Shown here: in pieces, positions 1-8,847 of the stretch
Layout of the letters: the number at the start of each line of letters is the position of its first letter
Position numbering within the stretch: the stretch's first letter is position 1
Sequence record: NC_054906.1
DNA length: 64,000 nt
Reading direction: 5' to 3' (one strand)
Source of the DNA: Enterobacteria phage RB18
Program-made: the position numbers and the translations under genes
The notes under the pieces: generated by a model
Seen by the model: the letters and a program-made list of their open reading frames with translations, nothing else
The model's database searches: none
Told to the model about the DNA's origin: nothing

Positions 1-1494
1 TATTTTAACACCTGAAACTTTTTCAGCAATATCACGCCAAGTAAATAAAAGAGCAATATCAATTCGTGCTTTTTCACCTTGACTGAATGAAGCATAACTA
101 AAATCTTCACGACCACGGGATTTAATTGTCTCATTAAATTCTTCATCTAATGTAAACACATAATCCGCTTCCATTATTTTAAGATAATGGTTAATCTGCT
201 TATTAAATAATGGAATGTACTTTTTAATAATAGCACCTTTAATACCAGAATCTTTGAGCATATCAGTCAAAATTCCTCGGTGGTATTTTTCCATTACTAA
301 ATTAGTTTTTGTCTTAACAATTTTATCAAGTTCTTCTTGAAGCAGTGCTATTTCATCAGCATGGTCAATAAACTCAGAAGATGCTTTTTCTATAGCTGCT
401 TTAACTTTTTTAGCTTTATCTACCGTCGTGATTAGAGATTGCTTTTTATTGCGAATATCATTTGCCAACGACTGTTGGGTTTTAATATTATCTCGGTATT
501 CATCAACAAGAACTTTTAAATTATCACGATGTATTGAAAGCTGTTCAAACGAATGCGTACATTCAGAAACTTTATCTTTAATTTTAGAAACAACTTTATC
601 ACCTGAACTTAATTGTGACAAGCAGGTTGGACATAATCCACCTTCGTGATACATATTAATGACTTTATTATACGAGTCAATTTTTGATTTAATTAAAACT
701 GCTTCTTGACCGATTTTATTAAATGCATCAGTCGGGTCTTCATCCAAAACAATATTAACTAATCTTTCATTAGCTTCTTCTATTTCCGATTTTAACGTTC
801 TAGCTTCTTTTGCCAAATCATCATACATATTTTGCAGACGAGTAAGGTTGTCACCCGTTAATTTTTTCTGGCGTTCAACGTTATCATTATATATTTTAAT
901 TTGTTGGATAATACTATCTTTTTTAACATCAAGCACTTGGTTTTGTGAATTTAATTCGCGTATTAGTGCTTTATTAAGCTTATCCATTTCAGCTAATGTT
1001 CCTACCTCAAGCAAGTCTTCCACAAGCTTTCTTCGCGCAGGGGTCGACAAACCCATGAAAGGGGTATACCCTGCTGTACCAAGGACAACAATCTGCTTGA
1101 AACTGGCATATGACATTCCGATAAGCTGTTCAAATTCTGCTTGGAAATCTTTACTGCTGGCAGATTCATTAAGACGTGTACCGTTAACGGTGATTTCGAA
1201 AACGTTCGGTTTTTGTCCTCTTTTGATATAGTACTTTTTCTCATCATATTCCATCCACAGTTCAACTAAAAGTTCTTTCTTATTTGTGCTGTTTATTAAT
1301 TGACCTTTCTTTACATCACGAAATGGCTTGCCAAAAAGCCCAAATGTGATGGCTTCTAACATAGTAGACTTACCACCACCATTTCGTCCAGTAATAAGAG
1401 TTTTTTGAACCTTATCTAATTGAATGTCAATAGGATTTCCACCTACTGACATTATATTTTGGTACCTAACTCGGTTTAGTTTAAAATTCTTCAC
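1..1494 (-). CDS. 46: Recombination endonuclease subunit gp46 (Rad50/SbcC-like ATPase); partial, 3' end runs off the window start
   Basis: Minus-strand translation MSVGGNPIDIQLDKVQKTLITGRNGGGKST... has a Walker A motif and a CPTC zinc-hook-like motif. It lies downstream of gp47 as in T4. Start is either GTG at 1494 (RBS AAGGA, overlaps the upstream stop) or ATG at 1452. Confidence 0.85.
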   Translation of the reverse strand, partial: MKNFKLNRVRYQNIMSVGGNPIDIQLDKVQKTLITGRNGGGKSTMLEAITFGLFGKPFRDVKKGQLINSTNKKELLVELWMEYDEKKYYIKRGQKPNVFEITVNGTRLNESASSKDFQAEFEQLIGMSYASFKQIVVLGTAGYTPFMGLSTPARRKLVEDLLEVGTLAEMDKLNKALIRELNSQNQVLDVKKDSIIQQIKIYNDNVERQKKLTGDNLTRLQNMYDDLAKEARTLKSEIEEANERLVNIVLDEDPTDAFNKIGQEAVLIKSKIDSYNKVINMYHEGGLCPTCLSQLSSGDKVVSKIKDKVSECTHSFEQLSIHRDNLKVLVDEYRDNIKTQQSLANDIRNKKQSLITTVDKAKKVKAAIEKASSEFIDHADEIALLQEELDKIVKTKTNLVMEKYHRGILTDMLKDSGIKGAIIKKYIPLFNKQINHYLKIMEADYVFTLDEEFNETIKSRGREDFSYASFSQGEKARIDIALLFTWRDIAEKVSGVKI

Positions 1495-1754
1495 AAAAGA
1501 TTCCTTTTAATGTATCTTTTAGACCATTCTATCATATCATCATAATCTAAAAAGTATTCATCAAATTCAGCCATGCAAACAACACCTTGTGCTGTTTTTG
1601 ATGTAATATAAATTATTCCAACATATCTAGAATCTTCTTCGGTATAATCAATGTTTGCTATGAATTCATCATTAATGTCAAATGTCGAAAACTTCACAGT
1701 ATGCATCCTTAATACAAGATACGGCCATATCTCGCAATGATTTAGGTGTGTCAT
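1491..1754 (-). CDS. Small hypothetical protein (46.1-like position); start uncertain
   Basis: 87-aa ORF in the track; its stop overlaps the putative GTG start of gene 46 (GTGA). It overlaps the next ORF in another frame, so the true start is probably internal. Confidence 0.4.
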   Translation of the reverse strand: MTHLNHCEIWPYLVLRMHTVKFSTFDINDEFIANIDYTEEDSRYVGIIYITSKTAQGVVCMAEFDEYFLDYDDMIEWSKRYIKRNLL

Positions 1755-1941
1755 TATCTAAAATGTTGAAGTTAAAAGATACAGCCCAATCTGTACAGAC
1801 CGTAACTTTTTTAATACAATTATCTTCAACCTCTAGCGGTTCAAACCAATATTCAATAATTTCTTTATGACCAATATCATCTTTTACTTCGCATTCAAAA
1901 TGCTGACTCATCATAACATTTTTAAATTCATCAAAAGTCAT
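1678..1941 (-). CDS. Small hypothetical protein (46.2-like position)
   Basis: 87-aa ORF whose ATG overlaps the gp47 stop codon (ATGA), suggesting translational coupling. Confidence 0.5.
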   Translation of the reverse strand: MTFDEFKNVMMSQHFECEVKDDIGHKEIIEYWFEPLEVEDNCIKKVTVCTDWAVSFNFNILDNDTPKSLRDMAVSCIKDAYCEVFDI

Positions 1942-2957
1942 TGTGTTGCCTCTACATATAACTGATTTGCATATTGAATAAGTGCTTCGCGGTCAGAATC
2001 AGTGATGTCTGGAATTGCATTAATGTATTCTTCCATCAACGTCTGAAGAGATTGAACTTCAACTTCTTCACTGTCATCTGACTCGACAGAGTTATCAATC
2101 TTTGACACAACTCGTAACGAATGCACAACTTTTTCTAGTTCAGATTCGAACTTCGTTAGATTTTTGTCTACTTCAGTTACTATAACACGTACTGATAGAT
2201 TTGTAAAATCTTTATAGTCAATTTTTCCTTTAAATGGATAATGAATTCTACGATGCCAGGTAGTGTTGTTTGGAATAAATTCCATTCGTTCTGTTTCTGT
2301 ATCAAACATCCAGAACCCACGAGGGTCATTCTCGTCACCGGCAGTTAGTGTCCATGGTGTCCCAATATATCTGACATTAGCAGCCTCAGAAATAGTATGG
2401 AAGTGACCAGACCACACTTCTTTATAAGTCTTAAGGAAATCAGGTTCAAGACCGTGAGATTTCATTCCTTTATAAAAATAAAATCCATTCAGTTCCCAGT
2501 GACCAACACAAAAAGAAGCAGAAGAAGTTTTTATGTGCTCGAGAATTTCACCAGTATTTTCTTCACACATCCAAGGAATCAAATCAATCAAACACCCGTC
2601 AAAATCTACTGTAGTAGGCTTATCATATACTTTAACATTAGGATATTTAGCCAAAAGCTCAGTAGAAGCATTTGGAGTTAAAGTATTTTTAAAGTGCATA
2701 TCATGGTTTCCTACAACAGTATGCAGGGTAATACCAGCATCATCAAGCATTTGAACTATTTCACGAGCGAACTCCATAGTTTTATGCGTGATTGCTTTTC
2801 GCACATCAAAAATATCGCCGTATTGAATCCAGGTAGTAATTCCATTTTTCTTAGAATATTCTATCGCTTGCTTAATTCCATCCAACTGAATGGATTGAAC
2901 CCACTCATCATCGGCTTTAACGCCTAAATGCCAATCACCTAAATTTAAAATTTTCAT
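1938..2957 (-). CDS. 47: Recombination endonuclease subunit gp47 (Mre11/SbcD-like phosphoesterase)
   Basis: 339 aa; MKILNLGDWHLG...GNHD metallophosphoesterase motifs; same length and position as T4 gp47, immediately upstream of gene 46. Confidence 0.9.
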   Translation of the reverse strand: MKILNLGDWHLGVKADDEWVQSIQLDGIKQAIEYSKKNGITTWIQYGDIFDVRKAITHKTMEFAREIVQMLDDAGITLHTVVGNHDMHFKNTLTPNASTELLAKYPNVKVYDKPTTVDFDGCLIDLIPWMCEENTGEILEHIKTSSASFCVGHWELNGFYFYKGMKSHGLEPDFLKTYKEVWSGHFHTISEAANVRYIGTPWTLTAGDENDPRGFWMFDTETERMEFIPNNTTWHRRIHYPFKGKIDYKDFTNLSVRVIVTEVDKNLTKFESELEKVVHSLRVVSKIDNSVESDDSEEVEVQSLQTLMEEYINAIPDITDSDREALIQYANQLYVEATQ

Positions 2958-3094
2958 ATATCAAGAACCGTCATTGAAATGCAAAATAAAATTATTGAAA
3001 TAAATCCATCTGGAGTGCTAAAGAACCCAATCCAGCACGCTCTAGTGAATAGATAAAATGCAAGAAAAAGTATCACATATCCAAGAAATATCAT
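2954..3094 (-). CDS. Small hydrophobic ORF (47.1-like), 46 aa
   Basis: Hand-translated MIFLGYVILFLAFYLFTRACWIGFF...; its stop overlaps the gp47 ATG (ATGA). Below the 60-aa track cutoff. Confidence 0.35.
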   Translation of the reverse strand: MIFLGYVILFLAFYLFTRACWIGFFSTPDGFISIILFCISMTVLDI

Positions 3095-3117
3095 TATATC
3101 AAACTCCGTATAAAGCT

Positions 3118-3135
3118 AAAGGGCCGAAGCCCTTT
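3118..3135 (-). terminator. UUCG-tetraloop hairpin at the a-gt 3' end (terminator or mRNA stabiliser)
   Basis: aaagggc-cgaa-gcccttt palindrome overlapping the a-gt stop codon. Confidence 0.4.
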
Positions 3136-4336
3136 ATTTTGTAATAATGTCAAACTGTTCTTTAAAGCAGAAGCTTGAATCTTGATGTTGATACAAAAAT
3201 TCATACGCTTTTTCTCGCTCACGGTCATAAAGAGCTCGGTCAGATGACAGTTCTTTAATACGCTCGAATGTTGATTCCATATCATTTTCATCAAACCAAA
3301 CGATACCGCTATCATGCGAAATTAGCGGAGTATTATCAACACGGAATTTTAAATTTTCGCCAGTAGATTTCCAAAATACCGGAATTGTTCCACATGCACC
3401 AAGCTCGAGATGAGTATATTCTAAAGAACGTTGTAAATATTTTTTGTCCAACTTACTCAGCTGATAACCAAATCCGGATTTACTCATGCGTTCAAGCATT
3501 TCGCTATTTACATAACGGTCAAGAATTTGCGTTGGCAAATTAGGAGCAATTTTAATTTGGTCTACTTGATGAAGACGATAATATTCATATGGAATTCCCT
3601 TTTCTTTAATAGGAATGAACGCTGGAGAACGTTCCAGACCTTCCATAATAGTACTTAGTCCTGCAGGTTTAAGATGTTTTTCATGAAAATCAAACATCTG
3701 ATAAAAACCTTTCCATGTAGTCGTACGACCAATCCAACGGTTGATATTCATGTTAATTTCAGAAACATCTTTCCAGTAGGTTGATCGAACCTTCGCAATA
3801 TCCATCGGAGGCTGAAAGTTATATACTGTCGGTGCTTCTTCAATATCATCAAACAGAGAAACAGTTTCTGGATACCACTCTTTCATCAGAACTTTATTAA
3901 AATCACCATTATCGGAATGGCTAAAAATAACATCAGCTCGACGAACAGTTTCTTCTAATCCCAAATTTCGGCGCAAAGAAAGAGAAGAATGGTCATGTTG
4001 ATAAACTACAACACGAACCGAAGGTTTAATGTTATCAATAATTTTTTTATAGTTATTAATAGTGTCTTCTTCAACTGAAGTAGCAGGAACTGAATTGATA
4101 ATTAGAATATCACAATCATTTACCAGCTTAAGTGTTTTATCGTATTCTTTTGCCAATAAAACCGGAATTGAAAATGATTTATAATCATGCGCACAATTAC
4201 GAGTAAATGATTTATCTTTAGCATAAACCAAAGTCACTTCATGACCATTTTTAATAAACCAATCACGTTGCTCGAGTGAGAATTTTGTTACACCACAACC
4301 TTCAAGACCTCGAGCCATAAAAATACATACTTTCAT
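3134..4336 (-). CDS. a-gt: DNA alpha-glucosyltransferase
   Basis: 400 aa; N-terminus M.CIFMARGLEGCGVTKFSLEQRDWFIKNGHEVTLVYAKDK matches my recollection of T4 alpha-glucosyltransferase; same length and map position. Confidence 0.85.
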   Translation of the reverse strand: MKVCIFMARGLEGCGVTKFSLEQRDWFIKNGHEVTLVYAKDKSFTRNCAHDYKSFSIPVLLAKEYDKTLKLVNDCDILIINSVPATSVEEDTINNYKKIIDNIKPSVRVVVYQHDHSSLSLRRNLGLEETVRRADVIFSHSDNGDFNKVLMKEWYPETVSLFDDIEEAPTVYNFQPPMDIAKVRSTYWKDVSEINMNINRWIGRTTTWKGFYQMFDFHEKHLKPAGLSTIMEGLERSPAFIPIKEKGIPYEYYRLHQVDQIKIAPNLPTQILDRYVNSEMLERMSKSGFGYQLSKLDKKYLQRSLEYTHLELGACGTIPVFWKSTGENLKFRVDNTPLISHDSGIVWFDENDMESTFERIKELSSDRALYDREREKAYEFLYQHQDSSFCFKEQFDIITK

Positions 4337-4578
4337 TTAATATCCTCTTTGTTTTGGTTTATTTACCAAAAATTTATAAAGCAATATAGGAGCCGAAGCT
4401 CCTATCCACATAATACGCCATACAGAGGCTCGTTAGAACTTTTAAATTTTATGCGCTTATATGTTATAGTTCCTTCTGCTTTAGCTTTATCATGAGACTC
4501 TTTAAAGCGTCTCATCATTTCCTCTTTAGAGGAATGAATTTTATTATAATCTATTTCAGAAGTCTGGGTGTTCATCTT

Positions 4579-4785
4579 TCATAACTGCCACCATTTTTTG
4601 ACTTGATAAGAATCAACCCACACTTTCATATTAGGGTCTGCTCTTACAATAGGAGGATTAACTTCTTTAATTGAACTATCATGGTATTCTTTTTCAGAAA
4701 TTTTCACACAAAGATGACCATTCAAAGATTCAGTAAATCCTGCATTAATTTTAAGACGCTTGAATTTTACGTGTGTAAGCATCAA
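4579..4785 (-). CDS. Hypothetical small protein
   Basis: 68-aa minus-strand ORF in the tightly packed early-gene array between a-gt and gene 55. Confidence 0.35.
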   Translation of the reverse strand: MMLTHVKFKRLKINAGFTESLNGHLCVKISEKEYHDSSIKEVNPPIVRADPNMKVWVDSYQVKKWWQL

Positions 4786-5068
4786 TCATATCCTCAATCT
4801 GCGATCTAGTAGTCTTCCAAAGAATACTGATGAGTTCATCGTTATATGGCTGTTTTAGAATATCCCGACTTTTCTTGATAGCATATTCGTATTGAGCAAA
4901 ATTATTATTTTCAGCTGCAATCTGAGCGTGCTTATAAAGACGATTCAGTTCGCGTTTGTTTTTAGACAATAACTTATTTGCTTTTCTTTCTGCTTCAAGA
5001 CGGTTCTTTTCTTCAATAGAAGAAATAAGCTTTTCCACTTCATCATTAATTTCGGGTTTATCAGTCAT
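4751..5068 (-). CDS. Hypothetical protein
   Basis: 105-aa ORF, strongly charged and helical (KLISSIEEKNRLEAERKANKLL). Confidence 0.45.
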   Translation of the reverse strand: MTDKPEINDEVEKLISSIEEKNRLEAERKANKLLSKNKRELNRLYKHAQIAAENNNFAQYEYAIKKSRDILKQPYNDELISILWKTTRSQIEDMIDAYTRKIQAS

Positions 5069-5069
5069 A

Positions 5070-5288
5070 TTATTTCTCTAATATAAAATAAAAATCATCA
5101 TCTGTTAAATGATACCGATAGTTTAATTCTACACCATTAGATTTAAAAGCGGTATCATACGGATTTTCTGGATCAATATCAATGTCAAGAGCTAAAACTT
5201 CCCTGAGATACATTTTAAGTAAATAGGGAATAGCTTCAACTTCAGGTATTTCTTCCAAGAATCCGGAGAGGTTAATCGTTAGCCTCAT
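5070..5288 (-). CDS. Hypothetical small protein
   Basis: 72-aa ORF directly downstream of gene 55 with short overlap. Confidence 0.45.
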
Positions 5289-5829
5289 ATAAAAAATCCA
5301 AACTAGGAGAATCGTCTACAACACTTTTCTTTTCAGCCCCTGGTGTTCTATAGGTTGATTCTTCGTAATGCGTCATTTTATCATAGATGTCTTGAATAAA
5401 AGTTTCATCTACTAACGCAACCATATCGTCGTCACGACTGTCATAGACATTGTGAACGAAGTAACTATATTTCTTTGCAACTTCCTTACGTTCTTTTTTA
5501 ATACGTTGGACGAATGCATTAAAACAAGCTTGAGTTATATACGCATGTGGGTTTTTATATTTCGTTTCATCAAAATTATGAAGCCCCTTAATAGAAGCTT
5601 CTATACCATCTGCAATCATTTCTTGTTTCCAAGACTGGGTGTATCCTGAAAAGTTGAAACGTTTAGATAAGCCTTCTGCAATAAGCATAATGGCTAATCC
5701 GATAGTATCATTCTGACGAACTACTTTATTTGGGTCTTTATTATTTGCTAATTCTGTTTTCCAATCAATAATAGCTTGTAAAAGCTCTTTATTGTTTACG
5801 TAATTATATTTAGGCTTAGTTTCTGACAT
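5272..5829 (-). CDS. 55: Late-transcription sigma factor gp55
   Basis: 185 aa from ATG at 5829 (RBS AAGAGG); [24 protein letters not shown]... matches my recollection of T4 gp55 in sequence, length and position. Confidence 0.9.
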
Positions 5830-5907
5830 TTTCACCTCTTAGCTCAATTCATAGATCTATTATATCATAATATTTGAAGATCTATCTTAAAGCATAGAGG
5901 ATATCAG

Positions 5908-6177
5908 TTATCTAAGTAAGCAGTATGCTTGGAACACTTTCTCCATCATCTTTTTAAATTCATGAATATCTATGTAATGACTAGTTAAATCAGCATGATA
6001 TAAAAAGTCTAAAAACTTTTCATGTGTACTAGCATATTCACTTTCATTTAATTCAGAAACATGACTTTCCCAATATCCAACACCAGTCTTATTTGGGAAA
6101 AATGAAATTTTCATGTATTGGTCAACATAGAAAATTCCATAATTTTCAATAGTAATAGAAATATTAATAAATTTCAT
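5908..6177 (-). CDS. Hypothetical protein
   Basis: 89-aa ORF in the array between gene 55 and nrdH. Confidence 0.4.
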   Translation of the reverse strand: MKFINISITIENYGIFYVDQYMKISFFPNKTGVGYWESHVSELNESEYASTHEKFLDFLYHADLTSHYIDIHEFKKMMEKVFQAYCLLR

Positions 6178-6389
6178 GCATTCATCAACTTAGCCGCTTC
6201 AAGAGCTGCATCTAGTGAATCAAATTGGTCAACATATTCAATCAATTCGCCGTAATTGGCATATAACCACCATTGGCTAAATTCATACTCAAGGATGAAT
6301 CCATTTCCTTCAATTTGAGTTAAACCAATGCCATTTGTATTTACTTCATATCCAGCAAGACGCAAATCGTTAATAAGAGCTTCGTTCAT
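6174..6389 (-). CDS. Hypothetical protein
   Basis: 71-aa ORF, abuts neighbours with 4-nt overlaps. Confidence 0.45.
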   Translation of the reverse strand: MNEALINDLRLAGYEVNTNGIGLTQIEGNGFILEYEFSQWWLYANYGELIEYVDQFDSLDAALEAAKLMNA

Positions 6390-6391
6390 AA

Positions 6392-6718
6392 TTATACCTT
6401 AGTAATTTTCAGGTCTGCAAATTTTTTCTTGCGTTGATTTTTCATGCGACGAATAGTTTTATCGGAAATTTCATGCTTTTGATAAGCTTTAGATTCTACA
6501 CCAAAAGCTTTAACATCAAATTCTGACAAGATATATTGAACCAACAATTCACGGACAGTATTGCGTCCAATCTTCTGATCATTCTGTTTCATCGTCTGAT
6601 GAAGCTCTTTTTCCCATTTATCCAAAATTTGAGGAGTTACAATATCGCCTTTTTCTAACAAAGAAACTACTTTATCATATGCGTAAGAATTGATGGCGTT
6701 TTTAATTTGAATAGTCAT
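6392..6718 (-). CDS. Hypothetical protein
   Basis: 108-aa ORF with a basic C-terminus (RRMKNQRKKKF). Confidence 0.5.
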   Translation of the reverse strand: MTIQIKNAINSYAYDKVVSLLEKGDIVTPQILDKWEKELHQTMKQNDQKIGRNTVRELLVQYILSEFDVKAFGVESKAYQKHEISDKTIRRMKNQRKKKFADLKITKV

Positions 6719-6751
6719 ACATTATCCTCAATTACGTTAAAATTTTATTAT

Positions 6752-6772
6752 CCAAAAAGGGCCGAAGCCCTT
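6752..6772 (-). terminator. Intrinsic terminator (UUCG hairpin plus U-tract)
   Basis: Minus-strand AAGGGC-UUCG-GCCCUU followed by UUUUGG. Confidence 0.5.
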
Positions 6773-6971
6773 AGCTAAACTTTTTGGCACCCTTCCAGCC
6801 TTCGTACATCATTGCGACTGACAATGACAAAGCTCCTTCACATGCTGCATACTTATTATTCCAGAACCAATTTAGAAAAACTTCATCCTCAATACCATTG
6901 TGTTTCATGTTCTGGAAAAATTTGGCGCGTTCTTCAGCAATTCGCTGCGATAATTTAGATTCAGGATTCAT
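6771..6971 (-). CDS. Hypothetical protein
   Basis: 66-aa ORF followed by a UUCG-loop hairpin. Confidence 0.4.
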   Translation of the reverse strand: MNPESKLSQRIAEERAKFFQNMKHNGIEDEVFLNWFWNNKYAACEGALSLSVAMMYEGWKGAKKFS

Positions 6972-7187
6972 TTAAATTTCCCAATTGCCATTTTCATCAA
7001 TAAATTTAATCCAGTCATTTACTGACCACTTAGTTGTATCGCCTTTTGGAGCAACATTTAAAGTGTATAGCCATTGCTTAAAAAGCATTCGTTTGATATT
7101 CATATTTTCCTCAGCTATAACGATAACACTCGTTTGATTTACGTTTAGCAACTCGTTGAGAAGTATTATAATCAAAATCATCGTCAA
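6972..7187 (-). CDS. Hypothetical protein
   Basis: 71-aa ORF. Confidence 0.4.
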   Translation of the reverse strand: MTMILIIILLNELLNVNQTSVIVIAEENMNIKRMLFKQWLYTLNVAPKGDTTKWSVNDWIKFIDENGNWEI

Positions 7188-7443
7188 TGTAAACTGATTT
7201 TTTCAACTTTCTTACTTCACCGCGTAATTGACGATTTAGCTCATCTTTAACTTCTGAATCAATGCCTTTCATTCTACGCCATTTATCTGAGCGAAAAATG
7301 TTTTCAACCATATCTTTATGACTTACACCGTCTGGAGCTTTACGCTTTCCGAAATAGTCATAATCACGCACTTTTAAGTCTTTACGACGATACGTTTTAC
7401 CCATGGAGTTTAATTTCCTTAGCAACTGAACTAAATGCAGCAC
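7111..7443 (-). CDS. Hypothetical basic protein; start probably internal
   Basis: 110-aa ORF rich in K/R; overlaps the downstream ORF in another frame. Confidence 0.4.
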   Translation of the reverse strand: MLHLVQLLRKLNSMGKTYRRKDLKVRDYDYFGKRKAPDGVSHKDMVENIFRSDKWRRMKGIDSEVKDELNRQLRGEVRKLKKSVYIDDDFDYNTSQRVAKRKSNECYRYS

Positions 7444-7579
7444 GATCGCAAATCATGCGTTTATGTAACTTGAGTATAATATAGCAAACTTCAAAACTAT
7501 TTACATGAGTAACACGAACAGCATTACCATTAATGAGATAATACTGTCCCTTTTTAATTTCTTTATCAACCACAACCAT
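7397..7579 (-). CDS. Hypothetical small protein
   Basis: 60-aa ORF immediately downstream of an early-type promoter. Confidence 0.4.
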   Translation of the reverse strand: MVVVDKEIKKGQYYLINGNAVRVTHVNSFEVCYIILKLHKRMICDRAAFSSVAKEIKLHG

Positions 7580-7609
7580 ATCAATTCCTCAAAGGTAATT
7601 CATATGTTA

Positions 7610-7639
7610 ATAATACCACGGTTTGAACTTGTTGTAAAC
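7610..7639 (-). promoter_or_regulatory. Early sigma70-type promoter (GTTTAC, 18 nt, TGGTATTAT)
   Basis: Minus-strand GTTTAC -35 (7634-7639) and extended -10 TATTAT (7610-7615); A/T-rich upstream. Confidence 0.5.
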
Positions 7640-7711
7640 AACTTTGTGAAAAATATTTTAGGGAATGATAAGAAAGGAATGATAGCTTAGAATGGTAATA
7701 TACAGAATGTG

Positions 7712-7737
7712 AGAAAGAAAGGCCCAGAGGGCCCGTC
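7712..7737 (-). terminator. Intrinsic terminator downstream of nrdH
   Basis: GGGCC-UCU-GGCCC stem then UUUCUUUCUC. Confidence 0.5.
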
Positions 7738-8046
7738 TTAATCTTCTATGATATCTCTATCATATCCAAGTGAAATGAGAGTTTCTTTGAAGTGTTTAAT
7801 GTTCTTTTGTCTAGAATCATTAATGAAAATGACTGGATAACGAATGTTAAGAGATGTGAATCCAGCGCGTTTAGCAAGAGATACAATCAGTGGACGATCA
7901 TACTCAATCTTACCGTTATTTGTAAGAACTTTATAGAAAGTAAAAGGAGCATTGAGCTCCTTTAGAAGTTTTGTAACTGATTGACATCCAGGACAACGAC
8001 CTACTTCATCTGGAATTCCATAGACTTCAATCTTATTTTGTTTCAC
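7738..8046 (-). CDS. nrdH: Glutaredoxin-like protein NrdH
   Basis: 102 aa with a CPGC redox motif; located beside nrdG/nrdD as in T4. Confidence 0.8.
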   Translation of the reverse strand: MKQNKIEVYGIPDEVGRCPGCQSVTKLLKELNAPFTFYKVLTNNGKIEYDRPLIVSLAKRAGFTSLNIRYPVIFINDSRQKNIKHFKETLISLGYDRDIIED

Positions 8047-8048
8047 AA

Positions 8049-8261
8049 CTATTCCTTACTAAGAGCAGCATTCAGCTTGTTAGTAATTTTATCCAGACGC
8101 TCATTGAACTCACTAGAAGATAAGCCCTTTTCTGGAGAAATCAAACTAATCACGAAAAATATAGCAATAAAAGGAATAAGGAAAATAGCTCCAACTGCCA
8201 TAAACAGAAAGAATGTTACAGTTGTAAGAAAATCAGCTAAACCTTTACGAAATTTATACAT
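8049..8261 (-). CDS. Small membrane protein
   Basis: 70 aa with one long hydrophobic helix (FLTTVTFFLFMAVGAIFLIPFIAIFFVISLI). Confidence 0.5.
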   Translation of the reverse strand: MYKFRKGLADFLTTVTFFLFMAVGAIFLIPFIAIFFVISLISPEKGLSSSEFNERLDKITNKLNAALSKE

Positions 8262-8376
8262 ATTTTACCCTTAATTAATTAACCAAGCATTGATAAGCAC
8301 TAAACTATATTGGGAATAAAATTCTGGACCAAAATGAAAAATCATATCATTTATAGTATCCATAATATAATTCAAT

Positions 8377-8847
8377 TTAATCATGTTTCCACACCCCATC
8401 GGTATTTGACCAAAGCCGCTGATTATCTGATCCTCGCCACAGCTTTTTAGTCGGAAGATTTTTCTCATACTTCCCATCAATAATAACATCAACATATTTA
8501 AGCATTTCTAGTTGTTTAATATCTTCAAACTTATATCCTGTCCACAACCAAATGCTTTTATTGGGATAAAGATTTTTTACTGTTTGAACAATGCAATGAA
8601 TAACATCTCGGTTATCAGGATAAAGAGGGTCTCCTCCAGTTATAGTCAATCCTTCTATATAATCATTATTCAAACATTCAATTAATTGTTCTAGTGTTTC
8701 ACCAGTGAATGGAATACCATTTCTAGCATTCCATGTTGATTTATTATAACACCCTTCGCATTTATGCAAACAACCTGTAACGAAAAGAACGACCCTGCAA
8801 CCAGGGCCATTAACAAAATCGCAAGGATAAAATCTATCATAATTCAT
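8377..8847 (-). CDS. nrdG: Anaerobic ribonucleotide reductase activating protein NrdG (radical SAM)
   Basis: 156 aa; cysteine cluster CLHKCEGC typical of glycyl-radical activases; overlaps the nrdD stop. Confidence 0.9.
   Translation of the reverse strand: MNYDRFYPCDFVNGPGCRVVLFVTGCLHKCEGCYNKSTWNARNGIPFTGETLEQLIECLNNDYIEGLTITGGDPLYPDNRDVIHCIVQTVKNLYPNKSIWLWTGYKFEDIKQLEMLKYVDVIIDGKYEKNLPTKKLWRGSDNQRLWSNTDGVWKHD

Noticed and set aside
1002-1265. Minus-strand 87-aa ORF inside gene 46, and plus-strand ORFs at 428-649 and 848-1231
   Set aside because: They are alternative-frame or antisense artefacts within the gp46 coding region.
3094-3315. Minus-strand 73-aa ORF overlapping the 3' end of a-gt
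   Set aside because: It lies in an alternative frame entirely inside the alpha-glucosyltransferase gene. A separate 46-aa ORF (2954-3094) is a better candidate for the small gene in this gap.
5840-5900. Possible MotA-dependent middle promoter upstream of gene 55 (TGCTTTA box)
   Set aside because: The spacing between the box and a plausible -10 element is ambiguous, so the evidence is too weak to list as a feature.
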